Shown here: positions 1 to 10,369 of the stretch, in pieces
Layout: the number at the start of each line of letters is the position of its first letter
Position numbering within the stretch: the stretch's first letter is position 1
Origin: Candidatus Gottesmanbacteria bacterium GW2011_GWA2_43_14
GTDB lineage: Bacteria; Patescibacteriota; Microgenomatia; 2-02-FULL-39-11
NCBI GenBank assembly: GCA_000999095.1
Contig: LCFP01000001.1
Coordinates: 10,230-74,229 of the forward strand
DNA length: 64,000 nt
Direction: 5' to 3'
Made by a program: the position numbers and the translations under genes
The notes under the pieces: model-generated
Databases searched by the model: none
What the model saw: the letters and a program-made list of their open reading frames with translations, nothing else
Told to the model about the DNA's origin: nothing

Positions 1-627
1 GCCTATGACTAAGCCGGCTGTGTGGGCAATATCAGCAGCAAAATAAGCGCCGCAACTGTCTGCTATTTCAGCAAATTTATCAAATTCATATTGGTAAACG
101 TAGGCTGTTGCACCTGTCCAGATTAACTTGGGTTTGAATTTTTTAACCAACTCCTTGACTTCGTTGAAATCAACCCGGCCTTCACGAGTCACATGATACA
201 TGACTGTGTTGAAAAAAATGCCGGTAGCCGATACTTTCCAGCCATGAGTCAGATGGCCGCCATGTGTCAGGTCCAAACCCATAACCGTGTCGCCGGGTTG
301 GCAAGTAGCCAGGTATACAGCCAGATTTGCAGGGGATCCGGAATACGGCTGGACATTTGCATGAACTGTTTTAAAAAGTTTTTCTGCTCTTTCCTTAGTC
401 AAAAGTTCAATTTTATCTATAAACTCATTTCCTCCATAATATCTCTTGCCCGGGTACCCTTCGGAGTATTTATTTGTCAAAATTGATCCCATCGCCTCCA
501 ACACCGCATCAGAAACATAATTTTCCGAAGGAATCATTTCCAAACCGTATTTTTGCCGATGGGATTCCTCCTGAATATATGCAGATAGTACTTTATCTGT
601 TTCCCTTATTTTTTTGTATTGATTCAC
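1..627 (-). CDS. glyA: Serine hydroxymethyltransferase, N-terminal part (runs off window start)
   Basis: Not in ORF track. Manual translation from GTG at 627 gives VNQYKKIRETDK...GLEMIPSENYVSDAVLEAMGSILTNKYSEGYPGKRYYGG. AAAGGAGG RBS lies just upstream. Confidence 0.95.
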   Translation of the reverse strand, partial: MNQYKKIRETDKVLSAYIQEESHRQKYGLEMIPSENYVSDAVLEAMGSILTNKYSEGYPGKRYYGGNEFIDKIELLTKERAEKLFKTVHANVQPYSGSPANLAVYLATCQPGDTVMGLDLTHGGHLTHGWKVSATGIFFNTVMYHVTREGRVDFNEVKELVKKFKPKLIWTGATAYVYQYEFDKFAEIADSCGAYFAADIAHTAGLVIG

Positions 628-648
628 CTTGCCTCCTTTGATTAAATA

Positions 649-2067
649 TTAACAACTGGTATTTTCCAGAATATTTTTCCTGAAATTGTGTTTGACCGGC
701 ATCGGATACATACCTGAAAAACAGGCCGTACATAACTCATCTTTTCGCTGGGCTGAAGCTTTTGTCAAACCGCCCAGGCTTAAATACTTCAAACTGTCAG
801 CGCCGATGAATTTATTGATCTGACTGACTGTTTTGCTGGCAGCTATCAGGTCTTTTCGGTACGGCGTGTCCACTCCGAAATAACAGGGCCAGCGGACGGG
901 AGGAGAACAAATCCTGAGATGAACTTCTTTTGCCCCGTTCTTTTTCAGAGTTTCGACAATTTTTTTCATGGTCGTACCGCGGACGATCGAATCGTCAACC
1001 AGAATCAGCTTTTTGCCTTCAATTATACTTTTCATGGGATTGAATTTTATTTTAACACCCAACTCCCTTATATGCTGCTCCGGCTGAATAAAAGTCCGTC
1101 CTATATAGCGGTTTTTAATTAAAACTTCACCGAAAGTAATACCCAGCTCTGAAGCAAAACCAATGGCGGCCGATGTACCCGAATCGGGGATGGCAGCTAC
1201 CAGATCCGCCTTAAGGGGAGCTTCCCTGGCCAAAAGTTGTCCGCTACGGAACCTGACGGCGTGAACCAGTTCACCGTTCATGACACTGTCGGGCCTTGCT
1301 AAATAAACAAATTCAAACAGGCAGAACTTTTTACCAGAACCCTGAGGACTGATATTGCCTAAAGTTGTTATACCGTTACGGTTTATCTCGATTACTTCTC
1401 CCGGTTCTACTTCACGCACAACAGTCGCTCCGATTGTCTCCAATGCGCAGCTTTCGGAAGCGACTACATGATATCCGTTGAGCTTTCCCAAAACCATAGG
1501 CCGGAATCCCCATGGATCCCGGAAAGCATAAAGTCTTTTTTTTGAACAGGCGACTATAGAGTAAGCTCCTTTAAATAGAGGTGCAGCATTTATTATTTTT
1601 TCGTTCCATTTATCCCCGGGGGCATTATAAATAGTATAGGCAAGAACTTCAGTATCACTGGTGGAAACTCTTTTGACATTGTCTAATTTTTCAGCCAACT
1701 CACCGGAATTGACGATGTTGCCGTTATGGGAGACAGCGAAAATTTTATGCTTTAAAGATAGAATTACGGGTTGGGTATTGGCTTGTGTATTGCCGCCTGT
1801 TGTTGAATAACGGTTATGTCCGATGGCGATAAAACCTTTCAGCTTGCTTAAATTGTTTTCATTAAAAACTGAGGTAACCAAACCCAAATTCCTGATGCTT
1901 CTGAGTTTCATCCCGTCGGAAACGGCAATACCCGCCCCTTCCTGTCCCCGGTGCTGCAATGAATGGAGGGCAAAATAGGCGATTTTGGCCACATCTTCAC
2001 CCGGGGCATAAATGCCGAAAACACCGCACTTATCCCTGACTGCATCCTTTGGATCAGGTAATATCAT
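649..2067 (-). CDS. purF: Amidophosphoribosyltransferase
   Basis: Propeptide + CGVFG Ntn Cys, LQHRGQEGAG, VDDSIVRGTT PRPP motif, Fe-S cysteines (CLFE, CYFG, CTAC). Confidence 0.97.
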   Translation of the reverse strand: MILPDPKDAVRDKCGVFGIYAPGEDVAKIAYFALHSLQHRGQEGAGIAVSDGMKLRSIRNLGLVTSVFNENNLSKLKGFIAIGHNRYSTTGGNTQANTQPVILSLKHKIFAVSHNGNIVNSGELAEKLDNVKRVSTSDTEVLAYTIYNAPGDKWNEKIINAAPLFKGAYSIVACSKKRLYAFRDPWGFRPMVLGKLNGYHVVASESCALETIGATVVREVEPGEVIEINRNGITTLGNISPQGSGKKFCLFEFVYLARPDSVMNGELVHAVRFRSGQLLAREAPLKADLVAAIPDSGTSAAIGFASELGITFGEVLIKNRYIGRTFIQPEQHIRELGVKIKFNPMKSIIEGKKLILVDDSIVRGTTMKKIVETLKKNGAKEVHLRICSPPVRWPCYFGVDTPYRKDLIAASKTVSQINKFIGADSLKYLSLGGLTKASAQRKDELCTACFSGMYPMPVKHNFRKNILENTSC

Positions 2068-2069
2068 AG

Positions 2070-2528
2070 TTATTTGTTGGAATTGACGATTTCCTGCCTC
2101 ATCTGTTTTTGGAAAGCAGTGATTTTTCGGCGCAGGACTTTCGATTCCAATGCCAGAATTTTTACCGCTGCGATTGCTGCCTGGTCCGGCTCAAGTACGG
2201 TTAAAGCCGCCACCCCGGATGGCATTCTGAGGCTGGAGAGAATATCCAAACCGGCGTAATTTTCGCTTTTAGGAGGACAGTTTATAACAGGAAATGCTGT
2301 TTGTGCATCGACAAAACCGCCCAGGGCATTGCTCCTTCCCGCAACCGTGATATAAACCAGAGGCTTCTGCCTGTTTTCATACCCGGTAAGAATTTTCAAC
2401 AGATATTCAGGGGTTTTATGAGCTGAGGCAATCTCCACTTTTGAAGGCACTCCAAGTATGTCCAGATGTTTTACGATAGCCCCGAAGGTAGGGGCATCTT
2501 TACCGGATCCGGCAATAATTATAATCAT
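2070..2528 (-). CDS. purE: AIR carboxylase PurE, class II (PAICS-like)
   Basis: SAHKTP, VAGRSNALG, PVINCPP and SSLRMPSG motifs; AGRSN resembles class II/animal PurE. Confidence 0.9.
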   Translation of the reverse strand: MIIIIAGSGKDAPTFGAIVKHLDILGVPSKVEIASAHKTPEYLLKILTGYENRQKPLVYITVAGRSNALGGFVDAQTAFPVINCPPKSENYAGLDILSSLRMPSGVAALTVLEPDQAAIAAVKILALESKVLRRKITAFQKQMRQEIVNSNK

Positions 2529-3502
2529 GAAATTCTCCTGTCCAGATATTCAGTCATATTCTTTTCGATGGCTGCTGTAGCCGGATAATATCTGGGAATG
2601 AATTCGCGGCCGGTGATCATCTCATAAATGGCAATATATCTTAAAGCAGTTTTCACAATCAGATCCTCCGTCATTTTCGGCGGTTCACCCTCTCCGGTGT
2701 AACCCCTGTCTGCATACCAAATCCGCAGAAATTCCTTATCAAAGTTATCCGGTTCAAACCCCTGCCGCAATTTTTCCCGGTAACTGTCTTTTTTCCAGAA
2801 ACGGCTGGAATCCGGCGTGTGGATTTCATCAATGAGCATCAGTTTCCCCTGGTAATCGGCAAACTCGTACTTGGTATCAACCAGGATTATGCCCGCCTGA
2901 CGGCAGATGCGGCTTCCCCTGTCAAACAAGGACAGGGCAACGTTTTTCATTTTTCCCCAAACCTCGGGAGGCACAATTTTCAGTTTGAGAATTTCTTTTT
3001 CGGTCAGCTTCCTGTCATGTGCACCGTCTTCAGCTTTGGTAGTCGGAGTTATCACCGGTTTTTCCAGCTGCTCATTTTTGTGAAGGCCATCGGGAAATTT
3101 CAGTCCGTATATCAGACGCTCGCCGTTTTCATAAGCTTTCCAGATCGAAGTCGAAGTCACACCCGATAAATAGCCTCTGACCACCATTTCGACCGGATAT
3201 GCCCTGGCTTCGACCGCCACCGTGACATTAGCATCCGGGACCGCCAATAAATGGTTGTCAACGATATCCCTGGTTTTATCAAACCAGAAAGCTGCCAGCT
3301 GGTTAAGCACCTGCCCTTTATAGGGAATGTAACCCAAAATTCTGTCAAAAGCGGAAATTCTGTCGGTAGTTATTAGAAGCCTCTGCTTTTTGAGCCTGTA
3401 TATATCCCTGACTTTGCCCTGCTGTTTATCTTTAAGATTGGGAAGATCGACCTTTTTTATGACATATTTCAAGGCCTGCCGGATGGTTTCTTCCGTTAGC
3501 AC
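2525..3502 (-). CDS. purC: SAICAR synthetase
   Basis: GKVRDIY, TDRISAFD, LVDTKYEF, DEIHTPDSSRFW. Confidence 0.96.
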   Translation of the reverse strand: MLTEETIRQALKYVIKKVDLPNLKDKQQGKVRDIYRLKKQRLLITTDRISAFDRILGYIPYKGQVLNQLAAFWFDKTRDIVDNHLLAVPDANVTVAVEARAYPVEMVVRGYLSGVTSTSIWKAYENGERLIYGLKFPDGLHKNEQLEKPVITPTTKAEDGAHDRKLTEKEILKLKIVPPEVWGKMKNVALSLFDRGSRICRQAGIILVDTKYEFADYQGKLMLIDEIHTPDSSRFWKKDSYREKLRQGFEPDNFDKEFLRIWYADRGYTGEGEPPKMTEDLIVKTALRYIAIYEMITGREFIPRYYPATAAIEKNMTEYLDRRIS

Positions 3503-3543
3503 GATATACCTTTTTTATACTCTTCCATAATAAAAATCAATAA

Positions 3544-4344
3544 TTAATTCCTGAAATAACGCACCGCATTGACAAATATCTGATGACCCGGCCCGTTTCT
3601 GGGCAGCTCTTTACCCTCTCTTTTATATTGATCCGCCAGGTATGTCCAGTGGGGAAGCTGGTGGAAAAATTGAGCCCGCTCCGGATGCGGCATAAGACCT
3701 AAAATTCTGCCTGACTCGTCGCTTATTCCGGCTATATCATCCGAAGAACCGTTGGGATTTGCCGGCAAATCAGCATACGAGCATATTTCACCGCGTATAA
3801 AACGCAGGGCAACCATTTTTTTGGATTGCAGTTTTTTCATGATATCCGGTCCGGCATGGAATTTGCCTTCACCGTGTGCAACAGGCATTGATATTTGTTT
3901 TATGCCTGCTGTCCAGGGCGTCCTGTTTTCAACCGACAAATCGACCCAGCGCGTTATAAGACGGGCCTGGTTGTTATGAATTAAAGCCGCCTGCCGGATT
4001 CCATAATTTTTGTCCACAGCAGGCAATAGTCCCAAATTAACCAAAATTTGGAAACCGTTGCATATACCAATAACCAGCTTGTCGTTTCTTATAAAAGAGA
4101 TTATCTCCGGCCATAGGTGGTTCCTCAATTTATTGGCATAAGCATTGCCCGATCCCGTGTCATCCCCGTACGAAAATCCTCCCGGAAAGGCCAAAATTTG
4201 AAAATCGGAAAGTCGCTTTTTATTTTCGATCAGGTCATTAATATGCACAATTGTGGCAACCGCCCCGGCGGTATCAAAAGCATACTTTGTTTCCGCTTCG
4301 CTGTTTAAACCGTATCCGGAAAAAACTAAAACTTTCGGTTTCAT
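3544..4344 (-). CDS. purQ: FGAM synthase glutaminase subunit (start probably MKPKVLV)
   Basis: PGGFSYGD, GICNGFQ, AHGEG, NPNGS, MPHPER. Confidence 0.95.
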   Translation of the reverse strand: MKPKVLVFSGYGLNSEAETKYAFDTAGAVATIVHINDLIENKKRLSDFQILAFPGGFSYGDDTGSGNAYANKLRNHLWPEIISFIRNDKLVIGICNGFQILVNLGLLPAVDKNYGIRQAALIHNNQARLITRWVDLSVENRTPWTAGIKQISMPVAHGEGKFHAGPDIMKKLQSKKMVALRFIRGEICSYADLPANPNGSSDDIAGISDESGRILGLMPHPERAQFFHQLPHWTYLADQYKREGKELPRNGPGHQIFVNAVRYFRN

Positions 4345-4345
4345 A

Positions 4346-7157
4346 TCAATATCCCGCAAATTTATTACGATATACACTTAAAGTCTGTTTAACCGTCGTA
4401 TTGACTGAACTTGGGCCGAAATTGAGGTTGATCCCGTCATTTTGACTTACGACGCCTATTTCCGAAAAAGCAACGCCTTTAAACAGATCTTCAAACTTCT
4501 TTTTATTTTCAGGGGTGATACTGACAATGATTCTGCCCATGCTTTCAGAAAAAAAAGCAGTCATCGCTTTGGATACCTTGCCTTTTATGCCCGACAACTG
4601 TACCTTTATTCCCAATTTCCCGGCCATGGAGCCTTTGACCAGGGCTACCGCCAGACCCCCTTTATTAACCGATACGGCTGATGAAATCAGGTTATTTAAT
4701 ATGGCCGTATGCAAAGTTTGGTAAATTCTTAGGTTTTTAGCTGCATCAACGTAAGGCAGCAGTTCATTAAATGTATCACCCAGAAGGTAAAGCAGGTCAC
4801 CGGCCTGTTTGAAATCCGGGGTAACGGCTGAATAAACGTTTTCGATTATTCCTATGCTTGTGATTAAAAGGGTCGGTTGAATGGAAATTTTCACTGGCCG
4901 GCCGTTTTTGTCATAACCCTGAAAGTCATTGTACATGCTGTCCTTGCCTGAAATAAATGGGGTTTGGTAACTTACGGCATAGTCATGGCAGGCTTGGGCG
5001 GCATTTTTCAGCTGATATAACCGGTTTTCATCATCTGGTGAACACCAGCAGAAATTATCGAGCAAAGCAATCCGTTTGGGATCCGCGCCGGCGGCTACCG
5101 CATTCCTTATGGCTGTATCTATACAAAAAGCAGCCATCCGGTAGCTGTCCGCTTCACTTAAGTCCGGATAAAGTCCGTAGGAAGTAACAATCATATTGGC
5201 TGGAAATAAATTCGAAACCGCAAAGTGGAGGATTTCCCAAAAGTTTAAATAAAAATTGAAGCGGCTTTTTACCTCCGAAAGAATCCTTAATCGCGGAAAC
5301 AGTTTTTTTACGCGTTTTTAATTTTTTTTTAGGGTATCCTTCATGAAGAAATTTCAGTTCCATATCCATGATGGTTTTCCCGAAATAATTAACAACGCAT
5401 CTACCCGATGAAGTAAATTTACCGATGGCAGTTGCTTCAATCCCCCGCTTCTCTATCAGTTTTTTAAAAGCTGACCATTTATTGGGAGGGACTGCCAAAG
5501 TCATGCGTTCCTGTGATTCCGAAATCCAAATTTCCCATGGCTTGAGTCCGTCGTATTTAAGGGGAACTTGATCAAGTTCTACCTGGCATCCCCCTGATTC
5601 CCTGGCCATTTCAGCAACTGAACAGGACAGACCGCCTGCCCCGTTATCGGTTATTGAATGATAAAGCTGCCTGTCACGGGCTTCTTTGACCAGGGCATCG
5701 CTGAATTTTTTTTGAATAATGGGGTTGCCGATCTGTACAGCCGTAACCGGACTGGCTGAATTCATAATCTCTGAAGAAAATGTAGCTCCGTGGATACCGT
5801 CTTTACCGACCCGGCCGCCGATCATAACAATATAGTCTCCTTTTTTGGCATTTTTTTGGGTTAAAATCCTGCCATTTGATTTTTTGGGAATAAGTCCGAT
5901 CGTTCCCACAAAGACCAGCGGTTTTCCCCGGAATTTTTCATCACAGTATAAAAATCCCAATGATGTTGGTATACCCGACTGATTACCTCCAGTATTGACT
6001 CCACTGACAATACCCTCAAGAATCCTTCTTGATGACAGCATTTTTTGAGTGAAATCAGTTCCTTTATAAAGAGGCTCATCGCGGTCCGGATCAGCGACGC
6101 AAAAACCGTAAAAATTGGCAATGGGCATTGCGCCCAGGCCGAAACCGATGGTATCGCGGTTAACGCCGACGATGCCGGTGACTGCTCCGCCGAATGGGTC
6201 CAAAGCCGAAGGGCTGTTATGAGTTTCTACCTTATGGGTTACCAGATAATCTCCGTCAAAATGGATGGCACCGGAATTATCAGTAAAGACTGAAGCTGCA
6301 AAATTCTTCTTTTTTTTTAGTATTTGGCTGGTTGCCCCTTTGATATAGGTTTTATACAAGCCGTCCTTGACTTCATCAATGGAACTGCTGAAGATAATAT
6401 GTTTGCAGTGTTCAGACCAGGTCTGAGCCAGTGACTCCAATTCAATATCAGTGGGAGCGCGCTTCTCCTGGTGGAAATATTTACGGATTTCCTTCAATGA
6501 AGGCAAATCCAAAGCCAAGGGGCCTCTTGGAAGGCTTTCCCTGTCTTTAATGCCTGTTTTACCGATGTCAGCTAAAACATTATCGTTAACATCCAAATCA
6601 ATGTCCAAAACGATGGAACTGGAGTTTAGTTTGACTTTAGGTACAAAAAAATCCATCCCCTCATCATTTATATATTCCGCTCTTCTTTTCAGAGAAGCAA
6701 TTTCTATCAGGGGATTATAAAAATTATGGCTTATTTCATTAATTTCGGCGGCAGTTAATACTCCCTCAATAAAAGTGATTTGCGACGAATAGACACCTTC
6801 TCCTTTTTTGAATTTCATTTTACGGAAATCTTCAATGGATTCACGGCTGGTTATGGCTATATTATCAGTTACTCCCGGCAGAAAATTTATTTCGAAAGCC
6901 CAATTAAAAAAAGGCAGCTGACGGTATATTTGTTTGCTGTTTTCCCAGGTTATATGGAAGGACTCAGTTATGGGGTTGGCGAACATCCCGGCAATTTCTT
7001 GCGGTTTTTTAAGGATTGCCGAGTCTATACTGTAGACATCGGCCAAAAAAACCTTTTTAATTTTTTTGGCAAAGCCAGACTCCTGAAGTTTTTTTTGGCG
7101 TTGAAAAGCCCGGCTGTCAGCAACTTTGGCGTAAACCTCAATCCGAGTTACCATCAA
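4346..7157 (-). pseudogene. purL: FGAM synthase PurL (N-terminal PurS-like extension), split by deletion/frameshift at ~5190
   Basis: ORF 5154-7157 has QTWSEHCKH, KVETHNSPS, DNGAGGL and ISESQERM, then leaves frame after SQYD. ORF 4346-5194 resumes with IVTSYGLYP...LDNFCW...FISGKDSM. The usual HEV..VKP...D segment is absent. Could be real decay or an assembly error. Confidence 0.8.
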
Positions 7158-7180
7158 AAGCTTTATTATTCAGTCTGTTT

Positions 7181-8830
7181 TTACCGAATACAGGCAGCCA
7201 TGAATTCCGTAAATAATGGGTGGGGGGACAGCGGCCTGCTCTTATATTCCGGATGCCCCTGGGTACCGAGATAAAACGGATGCATGCTTTTGGGTAATTC
7301 TATAATTTCAACCAGATTTTCAACAACGCTTCTGGCTGAAACGATCAATCCTGCTTTTTCAAAGTCCTTGACAAACCGGTCATTGAATTCATATCGGTGG
7401 CGGTGCCTCTCCGTAGTCAATCCTTTGGCCGGGTCAAGAAAATGTTGGTGTTTTTCGTAAGCCTGCCAGGCTATAGTGTCTTTTTTAACTATTGCCTGCC
7501 AGGCGCCCAACCTCATGCTGCCGCCGTAAGCCCTTCTGGCCATGATTTCTTTCTGGGCCGGCATCAGATGGATAACCGGATAATTAGTATCCGGAGAATT
7601 TTCCGTCGTATCAGCTTTTTCCCAACCCAGTACTTCCCTGGCAAAAGAAACAGCCGCCAACTGCATGCCGTAGCATAAACCGAGATAGGGAATTTTTTTT
7701 CTGCGGGCGTATCCGGCGGCTTTTATCATGCCTTCGGATCCGCGCTCTCCCCATCCGATGGGGACAATCAGGCCGTCGACTTCCGGGATGAACGATTCTC
7801 CCTGTTGTTCGACTTTTTCGGCATCAATCCAAAGGGTTTTGACCTGAGCCTCATTAGCCCAGGCGGCATGATCGATGGCATCCATCAAAGCAGCGTATGA
7901 ATCACGAAGCTGGTATTCGCCCGTCTTGAAATATTTACCGACAATGGCAATGGTGATCTTTTTCTTCTTTGGTGACTTTATTTTTTTAACCAGTTCCGCC
8001 CATTCATCCAGTTTCGGTTCCCGGTATTCCAAACCAAGCTTCTGACAGACCTTGGAAAGGAAATTCTGCTCATGAAACTGTAATGGCACTTCATAGACGG
8101 TTTGGGCATCGGGACTGGAAAGAATATCCTCGCTTCTAATATTGCAAAAAAGGGAAAAGCGGTCGCGGCGCCTTTTATCAAGCGGTTTTTCGCTTCTGGC
8201 AATAATGAAATCAGGCTGGATTCCCATGGAATTTAAACTGCGGACAGACTGCTGCGTCGGTTTGGTCTTTGGTTCACCCAGATGGGGTGGGGTAGGCAGA
8301 TAGCTGACATGGACGTGGATGACGTCGCCGGGATTTTTTAAAGTTAAAATTCTGGAGGCTTCGTAATAAAAAAGATTCTGGTATTCCCCGACTGTTCCGC
8401 CCAATTCGACAATGACCACCTCAGCCTTGTCCTTCCTGGTTGCAAAATTTATCCGGTCGATTATTTCATTGGTAATATGAGGGATGCCTTCGACATCTTC
8501 ACCGTTATACTCAAAACGTCTTTCCCGGTCGATGACTTCCTTGTAAATCTGGCCCATGGTGACGAAGTTGTGGCGGAACATGTTTTTATCCAGGAATTTC
8601 TCGTAGGTGCCGATATCCATGTCTGCTTCTGTGCCGTCCTCGCAGAGAAAGGGGTCGCCGTGCTCGATAGGATTGATGGTGCCGGCGTCCAGATTCAGGT
8701 AATTTTCACATTTTACATTGGTGACTTTATAGCCGGAAGCCTGAAGAAGAAAGGCTATCGAAGCGGATGAAATGCCTTTGCCAAGCCCTGAAAGCACTCC
8801 GCCTGAAATGAAGACATATTTGATCGGCAT
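7181..8830 (-). CDS. pyrG: CTP synthase
   Basis: GGVLSGLGKG, ELGGTVG, KTKPTQQSV, GLCYGMQ, RHRHRYE, QGHPEYKSRP. Confidence 0.97.
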   Translation of the reverse strand: MPIKYVFISGGVLSGLGKGISSASIAFLLQASGYKVTNVKCENYLNLDAGTINPIEHGDPFLCEDGTEADMDIGTYEKFLDKNMFRHNFVTMGQIYKEVIDRERRFEYNGEDVEGIPHITNEIIDRINFATRKDKAEVVIVELGGTVGEYQNLFYYEASRILTLKNPGDVIHVHVSYLPTPPHLGEPKTKPTQQSVRSLNSMGIQPDFIIARSEKPLDKRRRDRFSLFCNIRSEDILSSPDAQTVYEVPLQFHEQNFLSKVCQKLGLEYREPKLDEWAELVKKIKSPKKKKITIAIVGKYFKTGEYQLRDSYAALMDAIDHAAWANEAQVKTLWIDAEKVEQQGESFIPEVDGLIVPIGWGERGSEGMIKAAGYARRKKIPYLGLCYGMQLAAVSFAREVLGWEKADTTENSPDTNYPVIHLMPAQKEIMARRAYGGSMRLGAWQAIVKKDTIAWQAYEKHQHFLDPAKGLTTERHRHRYEFNDRFVKDFEKAGLIVSARSVVENLVEIIELPKSMHPFYLGTQGHPEYKSRPLSPHPLFTEFMAACIR

Positions 8831-8835
8831 GTTTT

Positions 8836-8865
8836 AAGATACCAAAAATTAGCTTTAACTGTCAA
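8836..8865 (-). promoter_or_regulatory. Sigma70-type promoter of pyrG, likely leaderless mRNA
   Basis: Minus strand TTGACA-18 nt-TATCTT, only 5 nt before the ATG; no SD. Confidence 0.5.
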
Positions 8866-8885
8866 CAAGCGGAAGAATTGTAAAA

Positions 8886-9542
8886 TCAGGCAAGACCCTG
8901 TTTCATTGCCCAATTAGGTGGGTCCTTAAACCAAAGATCAATTTTTTCCTTTTCCTCCTGCGTAATTTTATGCATTTCCCTGGCAGTTTCGACAATAACT
9001 TTGCCTGTGGTTAATGTAACTAATTTTATCTTTGCCTCTTTTAAATTATCTATGGATTTTTCTGTTTCGTATGTAGTTGTGGCTATACAATATTCCACCA
9101 GTCCTCCCATATCCCTGATACTTTTAGCGTTATCGGAAACACTTTCGGCTGAAGAGATATGATCTTCAACAATCAGAACTTTACTTCCCTTTAATAAATA
9201 TCCTTCGACCTTGCCTCCCTTACCGTAAGTTTTTGTCGATGGCCGTACAAAAACCATCGGCAGCTTAAGCCTGTCAGCAACCCAGGCACCGTGAGGAATG
9301 GCAGCGCTGGCAGTAGCTGATATCCAATCTACGTTTTCCAAACCGATATCTGATTTGATTGTCTCGATATAATAATTAATTATTTGACGCCGGATTTCAG
9401 GATAAGAAATAATTAGACGGTTATCCAGATAAACCGGGCTTTTTAAGCCGGAGGTAAAAGTATAAGGCGGATTAAATCTGAAAGTCATGGCATTTATTTC
9501 CAGCAATAATTTGGCCGCCTCAACCGCGACTTTTCTATTCAT
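8886..9542 (-). CDS. pyrE: Orotate phosphoribosyltransferase
   Basis: FTSGLKSPVYLDNR, VLIVEDHISS PRPP-binding loop; pyr operon context. Confidence 0.93.
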   Translation of the reverse strand: MNRKVAVEAAKLLLEINAMTFRFNPPYTFTSGLKSPVYLDNRLIISYPEIRRQIINYYIETIKSDIGLENVDWISATASAAIPHGAWVADRLKLPMVFVRPSTKTYGKGGKVEGYLLKGSKVLIVEDHISSAESVSDNAKSIRDMGGLVEYCIATTTYETEKSIDNLKEAKIKLVTLTTGKVIVETAREMHKITQEEKEKIDLWFKDPPNWAMKQGLA

Positions 9543-10369
9543 ATAAATTCCTTTCTGAATTGATTAATTGCATCTCGAAGTTTTAGGGTTTCCTGACAGG
9601 CTTTATCAGCAAAATTCGACCCGGCTGAGGCAAAAATGATGTTTCGGGAAGAATTGATAATGGCATTCAAGCCCTGATTATCAACTCCCGCCTTGACAGT
9701 TTTTTCAATTTCTCCTCCCTGGGCACCGATACCCGGAATTAATATGGGCATTTCTCCCGCAATATGTCGCACAATCTCCAATTCAGCAGGGTAGGTGGCA
9801 CCGACGACCAAACCGCAATTTTCTTTCTCATTCCAGTTATTAACCACATTTTCAGCCACAATCTGAAATAATTTTTTACCGTTTACCGCCAAATCCTGAA
9901 ATTCCCCTGCTCCGGGATTGGATGTCCGGCACAAAATGAAAATTCCTTTGTCTGCTCTTTCCAAAAATGGAGAAAGGGCATCTTTACCCAAATATGGGTG
10001 AAGAGTGACGGCATCAGCTCCCAAATAATCAAAAATAAATTTAACATAACCGCTGTTGGTATTGCCGATGTCGGCTCTTTTAGCATCGATAATAACTGGA
10101 ATTTCCGGATATTTTTCCTTCAGATAATCACAGGTCATTTTCAATGCCTCAATGCCCGCAGACCCAAGCGCTTCATAAAAAGCCGTATTCGGCTTATAGG
10201 CGCAAACCAGATTATGGGTGGCCTCAATAATTGCCTTGTTGAAAGTTGACTTGGGATGCTCCCCTTTTTGAATAAATCCCGGCAGTTTACCGGTTTCGCT
10301 GTCCAATCCAATACATACCAGACTGTTATTTTTCAGGCTGACTGCTTTAAGTTTGTCCTTGAATTTCAT
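9539..10369 (-). CDS. pyrF: Orotidine-5'-phosphate decarboxylase
   Basis: CIGLD, YKPNTAFYE, DAKRADIGNT, LIPGIGAQGG, NSSRNI. Confidence 0.96.
   Translation of the reverse strand: MKFKDKLKAVSLKNNSLVCIGLDSETGKLPGFIQKGEHPKSTFNKAIIEATHNLVCAYKPNTAFYEALGSAGIEALKMTCDYLKEKYPEIPVIIDAKRADIGNTNSGYVKFIFDYLGADAVTLHPYLGKDALSPFLERADKGIFILCRTSNPGAGEFQDLAVNGKKLFQIVAENVVNNWNEKENCGLVVGATYPAELEIVRHIAGEMPILIPGIGAQGGEIEKTVKAGVDNQGLNAIINSSRNIIFASAGSNFADKACQETLKLRDAINQFRKEFI

Noticed and set aside
193-486. 97-aa plus-strand ORF and the many other short ORFs antisense to or nested in housekeeping genes
   Set aside because: Shadow frames of well-supported genes (here glyA) with no recognisable motifs.
5154-5194. Programmed ribosomal frameshift in purL (and similarly clpB at ~38910)
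   Set aside because: No slippery heptamer at the junctions, and conserved sequence is missing, so a frameshift alone would not restore the protein.
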